Of a stretch of DNA of 64,000 nucleotides, positions 63,170-64,000 are shown one piece after another (position 1 is the first letter of the stretch; each line of letters begins with the position of its first letter). Under the pieces are notes generated by a model, which did not search any database, was not told the origin of the DNA, and worked only from the letters and a program-made list of their open reading frames with translations. The DNA is taken from NCBI RefSeq assembly GCF_001194135.2, contig NC_068982.1:14315000-14378999 (forward strand), in the 5' to 3' direction. A program made the position numbers and the translations under genes. This stretch comes from Octopus bimaculoides (lineage: Eukaryota).

Positions 63170-64000
63170 TTAAATAAATAAATACATTATATAAACTTAT
63201 TATATAAATAATTTAATTTATATATACATTTAATATTGCGTTCATCTTGGGAGTTTAACAATTTTTTATTAGCTAACACTATCTCTTTAAATTCGTTTGT
63301 ACATAATAAGCAGAATTTACTCCCTATTCTATACGATTTAGCCTTATAAACTATTTCCCATTTTAAATCGTATTTTATTATTTTAGATTTAAGCTCTCAT
63401 ATGTATTTACTAAGGCCCGTAGAATTCATTAAATTTCTATTCTTAAAAGAATTCATATATTGGGCTACCCGTGATTTAATTTTATTGGAAGTCGATCCTA
63501 TGTAAGTAGTATTTATGCTATCATTATTACTATTATTATTATCATTCAAAATTACTATCCATTTATATACTACGTCCTCAGCATTATATTTATTATTAAA
63601 TTTACATTTAGTCTTATCTCTAGAATTACAATCAATTGTATTCTGGTCTCCATTGGAGGTATTACTTAATTTATTATTGTAAAACTTATTTAATTTAAAT
63701 TTATTAAAGGATGAAATGATATTGCCAACTATATTTGTGTGTGTGTGTGAGTGCAAATTATAATTTAGGGTATCTAAGAGATACCACCATGCTTTGAAAT
63801 AGCAGTCAAACCTTGACTATAAAACGTCAATAAATGGTTTTAGAGTCAAGGTTTGACTACCATTTCAAGCATGGTGGTATCTCTTAGATACCCTAAATTA
63901 TAATTTTTATAAAAATTATTACCTTTGAGGTTTTTTTATTCCCACGCTGGCCACCTCATAAGATCAGTATTTTAAATAACGATCGTAACCTTGTATATAT
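63170..64000 (-). mobile_element. Penelope-like retroelement GIY-YIG endonuclease remnant
   Basis: CNSRDKTKC...VVYK....YIGSTSNKIKSR..SFKN..NSTGLSKYI*ELK...KWEIV..A..Y.IG..FCLLC..E: Penelope-type EN pattern with one Trp TGG>TGA stop. Confidence 0.85.
63755..63906. mobile_element. 152-bp hairpin element interrupting the Penelope ORF
   Basis: About 70-bp inverted arms (agggtatctaagagataccaccatgc...), bounded on both sides by palindromic aaattataattt. Confidence 0.75.

Noticed and set aside
63397-63399. In-frame TGA in the Penelope endonuclease as possible selenocysteine
   Set aside because: Position corresponds to a conserved Trp (KYIW); other conserved residues are also mutated, so simple decay.

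Overview
AT-rich, microsatellite-dense animal genomic DNA with assembly gaps. The repeat families look like those of octopus (cephalopod mollusc); this taxonomic call is inferred from repeat recognition. No long intact ORF exists, and nearly all tracked ORFs are translated microsatellites, gaps or decayed transposons. Most of the window appears to be large introns of one minus-strand host gene. Nine small candidate exons (22-92 nt, between 458 and 54185) chain in phase into a helical, ARM/HEAT-like protein that I could not identify. A CpG-retaining, motif-rich promoter-like island at about 62280-62830 may be its 5' end. The introns hold at least four SINE-like families and remnants of RTE, RTE-BovB, CR1/L2, R4/Dong, L1/Tx1 and Penelope-like retroelements. 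They also hold a near-full-length DD36E Tc1-like transposon, a DD37D maT remnant, a head-to-head mariner derivative and several MITEs/foldbacks. The most interesting observations are five sequence-distinct minimal hammerhead-ribozyme motifs (one with an intact core), a SINE whose 3' tail matches an L1/Tx1 LINE tail in the same window, microsatellite-embedded LINE insertions, and a tRNA-like head with direct and inverted duplications beside the promoter.
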